Shown here in pieces: positions 54,538 to 63,124 of a stretch of 64,000 nt of DNA (positions within the stretch are counted from its first letter, which is position 1; every line of letters starts with the position of its first letter). The notes below the pieces were generated by a model, which was not told the origin of the DNA, made no database searches, and worked only from the letters and a program-made list of their open reading frames with translations. The translations under genes and the position numbers were made by a program. The DNA comes from Acidobacteriota bacterium (GTDB lineage Bacteria > Acidobacteriota > Thermoanaerobaculia > UBA5066 > Gp7-AA6), in NCBI GenBank assembly GCA_031360505.1, contig JANMBR010000107.1, positions 608 to 64,607 on the forward strand, given 5' to 3'.

Positions 54538-55103
54538 CAGGTGCGCGCGCGGATGCTCGAGATCTGTTCCTGGATCTTGTCGATCTGCGGGATTTCGGGG
54601 TAGCGCTGCTTGACCTCGTCGAAGAGCCGCTGCGCCGCCGCCGCGTCCCTGCGGTCGTAGGCCTCGAGCAGAAGCCAGTTCAGGAGCGATTGCCAGTGGT
54701 TCGCGTCGCTTTCGCGCGCCTTCTGAAAATAGGCGACGGCGAGCTCGAATTCGCCGCGATTGCGGTGCGCGGCACCCAGATCGGACAGCAGGTTCGGGTT
54801 CTTCGGCGCCTTGCGCCGCGCCTTCTCGTACGTCGCAACGGCGCGGTCCCAGTCCTCCCGGTCGTAGTACAGGTTGCCGAGATCCATCAGGATCTCCGGA
54901 TTCTCGGGATCGCGATCGAGAGATTGCGTGAGCTCGGCGAGCCGATCGCCGGCGGCGGCGCCGGGACCGGTGGCCGCGGGCATCCCGGACCCGGCCGACC
55001 GGCCCCCGCCCCCCGCGAAGTAGCCCGCCCCGAATCCGAGCAGGACACCCACGAACAGCATCACGACGGATTGAGCCCCGAACGGTTTCCTGGTTGATTC
55101 CAT
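54537..55103 (-). CDS. membrane-anchored TPR-repeat protein
   Basis: An N-terminal TM helix and a Gly-rich linker, then TPR repeats ('ILMDLGNLYYDREDWDRAVATYEKARRKAPKNP'). Confidence 0.7.
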   Translation of the reverse strand: MESTRKPFGAQSVVMLFVGVLLGFGAGYFAGGGGRSAGSGMPAATGPGAAAGDRLAELTQSLDRDPENPEILMDLGNLYYDREDWDRAVATYEKARRKAPKNPNLLSDLGAAHRNRGEFELAVAYFQKARESDANHWQSLLNWLLLEAYDRRDAAAAQRLFDEVKQRYPEIPQIDKIQEQISSIRART

Positions 55104-55179
55104 GAACGCATTCTATTCTCGCGGGCAAAAGAAAACGGGGCGGCTTGCGCCGCCCCGTCGAGAAATCACCTCGGGCGCC

Positions 55180-55695
55180 TCAGTGGGTCGTGACCCGGCT
55201 CCCCGCCGACCGCGCCAGGGCGCGGTCCACCTGCCGCTCGACCTCTTTCTCGTCGAGGCCGTTGATGACGGCGATCTCGGAGACGATGAGGTACTTGGCA
55301 CGCTCGTACATCTTCTTCTCACGGAAGGAGAGAGTCTTGCGGGAAGAGATGAAGTTCAGGGTCTTCAACACATCGGCGATCTCGTGCAATTCGCCGCTCT
55401 TCATCTTGTCGAGGTTCTGCTTGTAACGGCCCTTCCAGTCGCCCGTGGCCGAAAAACGCCCGTCGCCGAGCGTCTTCATGAGGCCCGTGATGTCCTTGCG
55501 CTGCGTCAGGCGCCTCAGGCCGATCAGGCCTGTGTTGCCCACGGGGACCATCACGCGGGAGTTGTTCGACAGGAGACGGAGATGATAGAAGCTCCTGGGA
55601 GCCACCGGCTCCGTCTGAAACCCCTCGCCGATCTTCTCGACCACCGAGACCCCGTGGTTGGGGTACACGATCTTCTCTCCCACCTTAAAACTCAC
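55180..55695 (-). CDS. carD: CarD/CdnL-family transcriptional regulator
   Basis: 'FKVGEKIVYPNHGVSVVEKI' is the CarD_CdnL_TRCF RNAP-interacting domain. 171 aa. Confidence 0.9.
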   Translation of the reverse strand: MSFKVGEKIVYPNHGVSVVEKIGEGFQTEPVAPRSFYHLRLLSNNSRVMVPVGNTGLIGLRRLTQRKDITGLMKTLGDGRFSATGDWKGRYKQNLDKMKSGELHEIADVLKTLNFISSRKTLSFREKKMYERAKYLIVSEIAVINGLDEKEVERQVDRALARSAGSRVTTH

Positions 55696-55929
55696 ACAGC
55701 CTCCTAAAAGAAATTCGAAAGGGCCTGATCCGGGAGCCGCGGATTATAAGGAAAAGAGCGCAAAAACTCAAACCCGAGACCGGTTACATCGGGCTGGAAC
55801 CTATGCGGTTGCAGCAAGTTACGAAATGTCTGTGAGCCTCATCACACCCCTGCCAGCGAGATTAAGTCGGTGCAGGTCAATACGATGCCGGCACCCGCCG
55901 GCCCGCGCATAATCGGGACACAAGCGCGG

Positions 55930-57105
55930 CTAGCGGCCCGACGCAGCCTTTCGATTCGAACGTCGCCCGGCGCCCTGAAGCTCCCCGAGCAGCTCGTCCA
56001 CACGGGCCAGACCCTCGAGCGTCTTCCCGACGTCGTACCCGTAGCCGATCCGAATGTAGCGCCCGATCCCGAAGTGCGCCCCCGGTGTGATCAGGACCGA
56101 CTTCTCGAGCCGCAGGCGGTCGAAGAGGGCCGGCGAGCCGATCGGGAGGCGGTATTTCACAAGGGCAATCGCTCCTGCCACCGGCGCGATGTACTCGAGG
56201 AGGTCTCCGTGCCCCCGGATCCATTCCTCGACCCGGGGCAGGTGGCGGCGGATGATGCTCCGCGTCCGCGCCAGGATCTCCTCGCGCCGGCCAGGCTCCA
56301 TCGCCGCGCGCGCGAGTCGGTCGGACAGCATGGACGGCGTCAGCGTCGTGTAGTCCTGGTAGGACCAGAAGGACGCCGTTTGTTTCGGAGGGGCCACGAT
56401 CCAACCGATGCGCAGGCCCGGGAGGCCGAAGGCCTTGGACAGGCCCGCCGTGACGATGACCTTGGAATACCGGCCCCAGAAGGTCGGCGAGCTCGTGTCC
56501 GTCCCGACTTCGGCGCCGCGGTAGACCTCGTCGGAAACGACCCATGCCCCGAACTTGCGCGCCACCCGGATGATCTCCCCCATCTCCTCCTCGGTCAGCA
56601 CGGCGCCCGTCGGGTTGTTCGGGTTGGTCACCATGATGACCTTCGTCTTCTTCGTCACGGCGCGCTCCAGGCTCGCCACGTCGAGCCCCCACCGGTGGTG
56701 CAGGCCCCGGCGCTTCTCGACGAGCCGGTAGGCATCCGCCCGCCCCGCGTAGGCCCGAGCGAGACCCCACGACTGCATGTAGTTCGGGATCATCACGGCG
56801 ACCCGGTCGCCCTTTTCGAGCAGCCCCCAGAGGGTCGTGTAGTTCGCTTCGGAGCAGCCGGTCGTGACGAGCACGTTGTCGGCCGTCGCGCCCGGGTAGA
56901 ACATCGCGATCCGCTCGCGCAGCAGGCGGGAGCCGTTCGACTCCGGGTACTTCAGAGCGAGGCCGAGGAACTCGGCACTGCCCGCTTCCCCCTCGAGGAG
57001 CTCCTCCACCCGCAGGGGCGCAACGCCGCTCTCCGAGATGTTCCACTGCACCTCGTTCTCGTAGAGGCACTGGGTGCGTTCCATCTGGAAACGATCAATG
57101 CGCAT
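55930..57105 (-). CDS. class I/II PLP-dependent aminotransferase
   Basis: 'NPNNPTG' and 'LSKAFGLPGLRIGW' (PLP-Lys in SKAF) motifs. Confidence 0.85.
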   Translation of the reverse strand: MRIDRFQMERTQCLYENEVQWNISESGVAPLRVEELLEGEAGSAEFLGLALKYPESNGSRLLRERIAMFYPGATADNVLVTTGCSEANYTTLWGLLEKGDRVAVMIPNYMQSWGLARAYAGRADAYRLVEKRRGLHHRWGLDVASLERAVTKKTKVIMVTNPNNPTGAVLTEEEMGEIIRVARKFGAWVVSDEVYRGAEVGTDTSSPTFWGRYSKVIVTAGLSKAFGLPGLRIGWIVAPPKQTASFWSYQDYTTLTPSMLSDRLARAAMEPGRREEILARTRSIIRRHLPRVEEWIRGHGDLLEYIAPVAGAIALVKYRLPIGSPALFDRLRLEKSVLITPGAHFGIGRYIRIGYGYDVGKTLEGLARVDELLGELQGAGRRSNRKAASGR

Positions 57106-57214
57106 GGCAACCCCCGAACGGTGCGAGGATCGTATCAGCGCGTCGGATGGGCGCGTTGCGCGTGATGCAAACGCACCACTCCGCGGAGCGCGCGCTCGAC
57201 GACACTGGATCCGG

Positions 57215-58693
57215 ATGACGGACCGGAAGCTGACCCCGAGTCAAGCCGGAGCGGCGTTTGCCCGACTGACGCCGGCGCAGTGCGAATCTCTGCACGGCGC
57301 GAGCCTCGAGATTCTCGAACGCACGGGGGTTCGGCTCTTCGAGCCGGAGGCGGTCGAGCTCGCCCGCCGCGCCGGCGCGGCGGTCTCGGACGGCAATCGC
57401 GTCCGGATTCCCCCGCGGCTGATCGAGCAAGCGTTCGCGACGGTTCCTCGGCGCGTCGTTCTCCACGACCGCCTCGGCCGCCCGGTCATGCCGCTCGAGG
57501 GGGCCCGAACCTATTTCGGACCCGGCTCGGATTGCCTGAACATCATCGACCACCGCACGGGCGAGCGGCGACGCGCCTCTCTCCAGGACGTCCGGGAAGC
57601 CGCGCGCCTTTGCGACGCGCTCGAGCACATCCGCTTCGTGATGTCCATGTTCCTGCCCTCCGACGTCCAACCCGATCTGGCCGACCGGCTCCAGTTCGAG
57701 GCGATGCTCCAGAACACGTCGAAGCCCATCGTCTTCGTCACCTACGAGATGTCCGGCTGCGCCGACGTGATCGAGATGGCCGAGGCGGTCGCCGGGGGAG
57801 CCGACGCGCTCCGCGAGAGGCCGTTTGCGGCCTGCTACATCAATGTCACGACAGGCCTGCTCCACAACGCCGACGCCCTGCAGAAGCTCCTCTTTCTCGC
57901 CGAAAAGGGCCTGCCGGCGCTCTACATCCCGGTGGTGTCGGGAGGGACGAGCGGGCCGATGACGATGGCGGGAGGCCTGGCCCTCTCCAACGCCGGTGCA
58001 CTGACGGGCCTCGTACTCTCGCAGTTGAAGCGCCCCGGGGCGCCCTTCGTCATGCCCGGGTTCGGCGGCGACGCGCTCGACATGCGGACGATGGTCGATC
58101 CGTACTGCGCGCCCGAGCCCCGGGGGATGGCCGAGGCGCTCGGGCATTTCTATGATCTGCCCCTCTTCTGCCTCGGCGGCAGCAGTGAATCGAAACTGGT
58201 CGACGCGCAGGCCGGCATCGAAGCAGCCCTGAGCATGCTGGTCGGCGCGATGGCGGGCGGCCACCTCTTTCACGACCTCGGCTACCTCGAGTCGGGACTC
58301 TCGGGCTCGCTTGCTCAGCTGGCCATCTGCAACGAGATCGCGGGCTGGATCTCGAGCTTCCGGCAGCCGGTCGAGATCAATGCGGAGACCCTCGCCCTGG
58401 ATCTCATCGACCAGGCGGGGCCGGAGGGCCAGTTTCTGAAGTTGCCGCACACCCGGCGCCACATGAGGGAGCGCTGGTATCCGACGATCTTCGACCGCGA
58501 CAACCATCACGGCTGGCTCGCGCGGGGCGGCAAGACGCTGCCGGAGCGGGCCGCGGACCACGTCGCGCGCCTCCTCGACAACCACCGACCGCAGCCTCTC
58601 GATGAGGCCGCCGCACGGGCGGTGGCTCGTGTCATCGAGCGCGCCGCGGCACGAACGGCGTCCGGGCCGGCGCGAGCAAAAGCCCATGCATGA
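57215..58693 (+). CDS. MttB-family (trimethylamine methyltransferase superfamily) substrate:corrinoid methyltransferase, non-pyrrolysine type
   Basis: Full-length MttB-like TIM-barrel protein (PF06253-like) with no in-frame amber codon. Start at the ATG for MTDRKL. Confidence 0.75.
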   Translation: MTDRKLTPSQAGAAFARLTPAQCESLHGASLEILERTGVRLFEPEAVELARRAGAAVSDGNRVRIPPRLIEQAFATVPRRVVLHDRLGRPVMPLEGARTYFGPGSDCLNIIDHRTGERRRASLQDVREAARLCDALEHIRFVMSMFLPSDVQPDLADRLQFEAMLQNTSKPIVFVTYEMSGCADVIEMAEAVAGGADALRERPFAACYINVTTGLLHNADALQKLLFLAEKGLPALYIPVVSGGTSGPMTMAGGLALSNAGALTGLVLSQLKRPGAPFVMPGFGGDALDMRTMVDPYCAPEPRGMAEALGHFYDLPLFCLGGSSESKLVDAQAGIEAALSMLVGAMAGGHLFHDLGYLESGLSGSLAQLAICNEIAGWISSFRQPVEINAETLALDLIDQAGPEGQFLKLPHTRRHMRERWYPTIFDRDNHHGWLARGGKTLPERAADHVARLLDNHRPQPLDEAAARAVARVIERAAARTASGPARAKAHA

Positions 58694-59333
58694 CGATCTT
58701 CTCGACGCGATGCGCCGCAGCATCCTCGAGGGCGATCCCGATCGGGCCGCCGCGCTCGCGACCGAGGCCCTCGCGCTCTGCCTCGCCCCGCTCGAGGCCA
58801 TCCAGCGGGGATTCGTTCCAGGCCTGGACGAGGTCGGCGAAGGGTTCGGAAGAGGCGACCTTTTCCTGCCCGATCTCGTGATGGCCGGCGAGGCGATGAA
58901 GGCGGCTACGGCAGTGCTCGAGCCGGAGATGCAGAGGGGCGGCGTGCATCGGGAGATCCTGGGCAAGGTCGTGCTCGGGACCGTCCAGGGCGATATCCAC
59001 GAGATCGGCAAGACCCTCGTCTCCACCATGCTCTCGGCCGCCGGCTTCGAAGTGCACGACATCGGCGTGGACGTGCCGTTCGAGACCTTCGCCCTGCGCG
59101 CGCGCGAGCTCGACGCCGACATCGTGGGCGTCTCGGCGCTGCTGACGACGACGATGACCGGCCAGCGCCACGTCGTCGAGGCGCTCGACCGACACGGCTT
59201 GCGTCCCCGGGTGAAAGTCATCGTGGGAGGCGCTCCGGTGACCCGGGGCTGGGCCGAAGAGATCGGCGCGGACGGCTACGGGGAGGACGCGGTGGCTGCG
59301 GTGGCGCTCGCCAAGGCGCTCGTCGGCCGCTAG
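58686..59333 (+). CDS. cobalamin-binding corrinoid protein (B12-binding domain, MtbC/MtgC-like)
   Basis: 'GTVQGDIHEIGK' DxHxxG cobalamin-ligating motif and a Rossmann B12-binding fold. Overlaps the upstream MttB stop by 8 bp. Confidence 0.85.
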   Translation: MHDDLLDAMRRSILEGDPDRAAALATEALALCLAPLEAIQRGFVPGLDEVGEGFGRGDLFLPDLVMAGEAMKAATAVLEPEMQRGGVHREILGKVVLGTVQGDIHEIGKTLVSTMLSAAGFEVHDIGVDVPFETFALRARELDADIVGVSALLTTTMTGQRHVVEALDRHGLRPRVKVIVGGAPVTRGWAEEIGADGYGEDAVAAVALAKALVGR

Positions 59334-59344
59334 CAGGAAGCTCG

Positions 59345-60790
59345 ATGCGGCCGAGGTTCTCTCTGCTCGACCCGGTGCTTCTCGGGCGGATCCTCGAGGA
59401 GGCCTTTACCCTGCTGATGCGGCCGGGGGTGCGGGTCCACGGCGTCGCCGCCGAGATTCTCGCTTCCGCGGGAGCCGTCGTCGAGGCGGGTGTGGCGCAC
59501 ATTCCCGAGCCCCTCGCGCGCCGCGCCCTCGCCTCCGCACCCTCGGAATTCTTCCTCCACGATCGGAGCGGCCGCGCGTGCGTCCGCTACGGCGGGGACT
59601 CCGTGCACTTCGATCCGGGGTCGTCCTGTGTTCACGTCCTCGACCCGGAGACCGGGGAGCACCGCGAGTCGCTGTCGGCCGATCTCGTCCGCCTGGTCCA
59701 GGTCGCGGAAATGCTGCCCGAGTACGCAGCGCAGTCCACGGCCCTCGTCTGCGGCGACGTGCCGAAGGAGATCGGCGACCTGTATCGCCTCTTCCTCGTA
59801 CTGCTCTATTCCGAAAAGCCGATCGTCACCGGCGCCTTCACGGCAAGCGCGGTCAGATCGATGGTGGATCTTCTGGTGGCCGACGCCGGAGGAGAGGTGG
59901 CCCTGCGCCGGAGGCCGCGCGCCGTTTTCGACGTGTGTCCTTCCCCCCCGTTGAACTGGTCCGCGTTCGCGTCGGACAGCCTCGTGGAGCTCGCGCGCGC
60001 CGGTGTGCCGGCCGAGATCGTCTCCGTTCCGCTCGCGGGCGCCGCGGCCCCGGTGACGCTCGCCGGCGCCGCCGTGCAGCACGCGGCCGAGTGCATCACC
60101 GGAGTCACCATCTCCCAGCTCGCCGAACCCGGGGCGCCGGTCGTGTGGGGCGGGGCGCCGTCGATCTTCGACATGCGCACCGGCACGACGCCCATGGGAG
60201 CCGTCGAGACCGCCATGATCGACCTGGCGTGCGCCGAGGTGGGCAAGAGCCTGGGCCTTCCGACCCACGCCTACCTCGGCGGCAGCGACGCCAAGCGCGT
60301 CGACGCGCAGGCCGGAATGGAGAGCGGGATCGCGATCCTGCTCGGCGCGCTCGGCGGCATCAACATGATCTCCGGGGCCGGGATGCTGGACTTCCTCGGC
60401 TGTCAGAGCGCCGAGAAGCTGGTGCTCGATGCCGAAGCAATCGCCTCGGCGCGCCGGCTCCTCGACGGCATCGAGGCGCGGACGGATTCCCTCGCCGTCG
60501 GCATGTTCGAGCGGGTCGGCCTCGCGGGCGAGTTTCTGAAGCTGGCGGATACCCGCAGGCTCTTTCGGCTCGAGCAGCATCTTCCCTCGGCCGTGACGGA
60601 CCGCGGTTCGCTGCGGGCGTGGGAGGACGCCGGCAGGCGCGACGCCTTCGCCCGCGCTCGCACCCGCGTCGCGGATCTCGTCGCAGCGTACCGGCGGCCG
60701 TCGCTCGACCCAGCCACGCGACGCCGGATCTTCGACGTCGTGGAACCTCTGGCGGCGCAAGCCGGCCTGGACGGACTGCCGGGAACATGA
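59345..60790 (+). CDS. second MttB-family substrate:corrinoid methyltransferase paralog (non-pyrrolysine)
   Basis: 481 aa, homologous in architecture to 57215..58693, with no in-frame TAG. Confidence 0.75.
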   Translation: MRPRFSLLDPVLLGRILEEAFTLLMRPGVRVHGVAAEILASAGAVVEAGVAHIPEPLARRALASAPSEFFLHDRSGRACVRYGGDSVHFDPGSSCVHVLDPETGEHRESLSADLVRLVQVAEMLPEYAAQSTALVCGDVPKEIGDLYRLFLVLLYSEKPIVTGAFTASAVRSMVDLLVADAGGEVALRRRPRAVFDVCPSPPLNWSAFASDSLVELARAGVPAEIVSVPLAGAAAPVTLAGAAVQHAAECITGVTISQLAEPGAPVVWGGAPSIFDMRTGTTPMGAVETAMIDLACAEVGKSLGLPTHAYLGGSDAKRVDAQAGMESGIAILLGALGGINMISGAGMLDFLGCQSAEKLVLDAEAIASARRLLDGIEARTDSLAVGMFERVGLAGEFLKLADTRRLFRLEQHLPSAVTDRGSLRAWEDAGRRDAFARARTRVADLVAAYRRPSLDPATRRRIFDVVEPLAAQAGLDGLPGT

Positions 60791-61491
60791 CGGCCTCCCC
60801 CGGGATGCCAGTGTGGCTCGACGGGCTGGACGCGAATAGCGTCCTCCGGGCGCAGGGCGCCGACGCAGCGCGGGTGCGCGCGCGCAGTCCGCGCCTGGTC
60901 GCCGTCGCGGAACGGACCGTGAGGGAAGGCCTCCCGCTGCTCGACCCGCGCCTGACCTACTGCCTCCTCGAAGTGCGCCTCCGGGAGCCCGGACGCATCG
61001 TCCTCGAGGGCGGTGAGACCCTCACGGGACCTCTCGTTGCCAGGGTCCTCTCCAGCGCCAGGTCGGTGGCGGTCGTCGCCGCGACGGTTGGCGCGCGCCT
61101 GGAATCCCGCGTTTCACGGATGTTCGGCCTCGACCTGCCCTACGCCCTCGCCCTCGACGGGCTCGGGTCGTGCGCCGTCCAGTCACTGTCGCTTTCGGCA
61201 AGAAACCTCGTCCGTGAGCTCGCCCGGCGGGAAGGACTGCGTGCGACTGCTCCCGTGAGCCCGGGGATGGAGGGGTGGCCGCTCGAGGAGGGCCAGAAAG
61301 AGATTTTCCGGCTGCTCGACCCGGTCGTGTCCGGCGTCCGTCTGACTTCCAGGGGTTGGATGCTCCCGCGAAAGTCCCTCTCCATGGTGTTTGGACTCGG
61401 GGCCGCGGTCCGAGACAGCGGCGAGACCTGCGACACCTGCACCGGGCGCAATTCCTGCCGGTATCGGAATCGTCGTGGAACACCCGGCTAG
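60787..61491 (+). CDS. methionine-synthase activation-domain-like protein (Met_synt_B12-like), putative corrinoid-system accessory protein
   Basis: 'GMEGWPLEEGQKEIFRLLDPVVSGVRLTSRGWMLPRKSLSMVFGLG' resembles the MetH reactivation-domain C-terminus. ATGA overlap with the upstream MttB paralog. Confidence 0.5.
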   Translation: MTASPGMPVWLDGLDANSVLRAQGADAARVRARSPRLVAVAERTVREGLPLLDPRLTYCLLEVRLREPGRIVLEGGETLTGPLVARVLSSARSVAVVAATVGARLESRVSRMFGLDLPYALALDGLGSCAVQSLSLSARNLVRELARREGLRATAPVSPGMEGWPLEEGQKEIFRLLDPVVSGVRLTSRGWMLPRKSLSMVFGLGAAVRDSGETCDTCTGRNSCRYRNRRGTPG

Positions 61492-63106
61492 CCTCCGCCC
61501 CAGCGCCCACGGACTCGTCGTCGTGGATCTCCAGCCCGTCGGGCGCCGCGCCGGCGTGAAGAAGGGGACGACGATCCTCGCCGCGGCGCAGTCGGTCGGC
61601 GTGGAGCTCCAGGCCATCTGCGGTGGCGCGGGAACCTGCGGCGGTTGCCGCGTGCGCCTGGCCCATGGCGCGCTCGGCGATCCCACGCCCGAAGAGCTCC
61701 GCGAGCTTTCCGCGGCTGAGATCGCGTCGGGCCTGCGCATGGCCTGCCAGGCGACGGCCCCCGGAGACGTCCGCGTGGACATCCCGTCCGAGTCCCTCAC
61801 CGCAGCCCAGCGGGTGCAACTCGAGGGCGGGGAGGCAGCCATCCCGGCGGGGCCCTCGCGGCTCTTGCGCCTGGGGCTCGCAATCGACATCGGCACGACC
61901 AAGCTCGCGGTCTATCTCATGGACCTGGAGAGTGGCTGCACGGTGGCCCGCGCCGGGGCGATGAACCCGCAGATCGCCTACGGCGAAGACCTCATCAGCC
62001 GGATCGCGTACACGGACCGCACCCCCGCGGGAGGGCGGGTACTCCGGGAGAAGCTCCTGGACCGGCTCAACCGCCTGATCGAGGGAATGTGCAAGCAGGT
62101 CGGCGCTTCGCGAGACCGGATCCTCGACGTCGTCGCGGTCGGAAATACCGTGATGCATCACCTGTTCGTCGGGCTGCCCGTGCGCACGCTCGGCGCCGCG
62201 CCCTACCGCCCTCTCACGACCGACGCGCTCGATCTGTCTGCCCGCGACGCCGGGCTCGACCTTTGGGCCGGCACGCACGTCTTCGTTCCGTCCAACGTCG
62301 CCGGCTACGTCGGCGCGGACCACGTCGCCGCGCTGCTGTCGACCGGCGTCGGGGAGACGCGCCGCACGGCGCTCGCCCTCGACATCGGCACCAACACCGA
62401 AATCAGCCTCGCCCGCGGCCAGCGGCTCTTCTCGTGCTCGTCGCCGTCCGGGCCCGCCTTCGAAGGAGCGCACATCAGCGCCGGGATGCGGGCCGCGCCC
62501 GGCGCCATCGAGCGCGTCCGCATTCGCGGCGCCGAGGTTTCGACCTACACGATCGGGCGCCTGCCGCCGATCGGCATCTGCGGCTCTGGCGTCCTGGACG
62601 CTGTGGCCCAAATGCGCGCCGTGGGCGCCATCGACCGGCGCGGCAACTTCCGCGCGCAAGTTCCGGGCGTCCGCGCCCGAGAGGGGCAGCCCGAGTTCCT
62701 CCTGGTTCCGGCGGCGGAAACGGGCCACCGCCGCGACATCACGGTCACCCGCGGCGACGTCAACGAAATCCAGCTCGCGAAGGCGGCGATCCGCGCCGGA
62801 ATCGGCGTCCTCCTCCAGGAGGCGCAATGCGAGCCCGACGAACTCGAGGAGATCGTCGTCGCCGGCGCCTTTGGCTCCTACCTCGATCTCTCGAGCGCCG
62901 TGCGGGCAGGCCTGCTGCCCGCAGTCCCCCTCGAGCGCTTTCGCCAGGTCGGCAACGCCGCCGGCGCGGGAGCACGCCAGATGCTTCTCTCGGTGGAGAG
63001 ACGCCGCACCGCGCAGACGATCGCCCGCCGCATCGAATACGTGGAACTGGCGGCGCATCCGGCGTTCCACCGCGGCTTCGTAAACGCGATGAGCTTCGAG
63101 GACTGA
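61391..63106 (+). CDS. RamA/RACo-type ATP-dependent reductive activator of corrinoid proteins (2Fe-2S ferredoxin domain plus ASKHA/DUF4445). The true start is probably ~61520.
   Basis: N-terminal 'TTILAAAQSVGVELQAICGGAGTCGGCRV' plant-type ferredoxin, then 'GLAIDIGTTKLAVYLMDL', 'ALDIGTNTEISL' and 'ICGSGVLD' ASKHA motifs. Confidence 0.8.
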   Translation: MDSGPRSETAARPATPAPGAIPAGIGIVVEHPASLRPSAHGLVVVDLQPVGRRAGVKKGTTILAAAQSVGVELQAICGGAGTCGGCRVRLAHGALGDPTPEELRELSAAEIASGLRMACQATAPGDVRVDIPSESLTAAQRVQLEGGEAAIPAGPSRLLRLGLAIDIGTTKLAVYLMDLESGCTVARAGAMNPQIAYGEDLISRIAYTDRTPAGGRVLREKLLDRLNRLIEGMCKQVGASRDRILDVVAVGNTVMHHLFVGLPVRTLGAAPYRPLTTDALDLSARDAGLDLWAGTHVFVPSNVAGYVGADHVAALLSTGVGETRRTALALDIGTNTEISLARGQRLFSCSSPSGPAFEGAHISAGMRAAPGAIERVRIRGAEVSTYTIGRLPPIGICGSGVLDAVAQMRAVGAIDRRGNFRAQVPGVRAREGQPEFLLVPAAETGHRRDITVTRGDVNEIQLAKAAIRAGIGVLLQEAQCEPDELEEIVVAGAFGSYLDLSSAVRAGLLPAVPLERFRQVGNAAGAGARQMLLSVERRRTAQTIARRIEYVELAAHPAFHRGFVNAMSFED

Positions 63107-63124
63107 GCGGCGGGCGCTGTCGCG

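Noticed and set aside
57215-60790. Possibility that the MttB homologs are pyrrolysine-containing trimethylamine methyltransferases
   Set aside because: Both ORFs are uninterrupted with no in-frame amber (TAG) codon. No pylTSBCD genes were seen, so these are non-Pyl MttB-superfamily members.
59578-61491. 637-aa plus-strand ORF
   Set aside because: It is an alternative frame across the second MttB paralog. Only the last ~234 aa (from the ATG at 60787) form a plausible protein.
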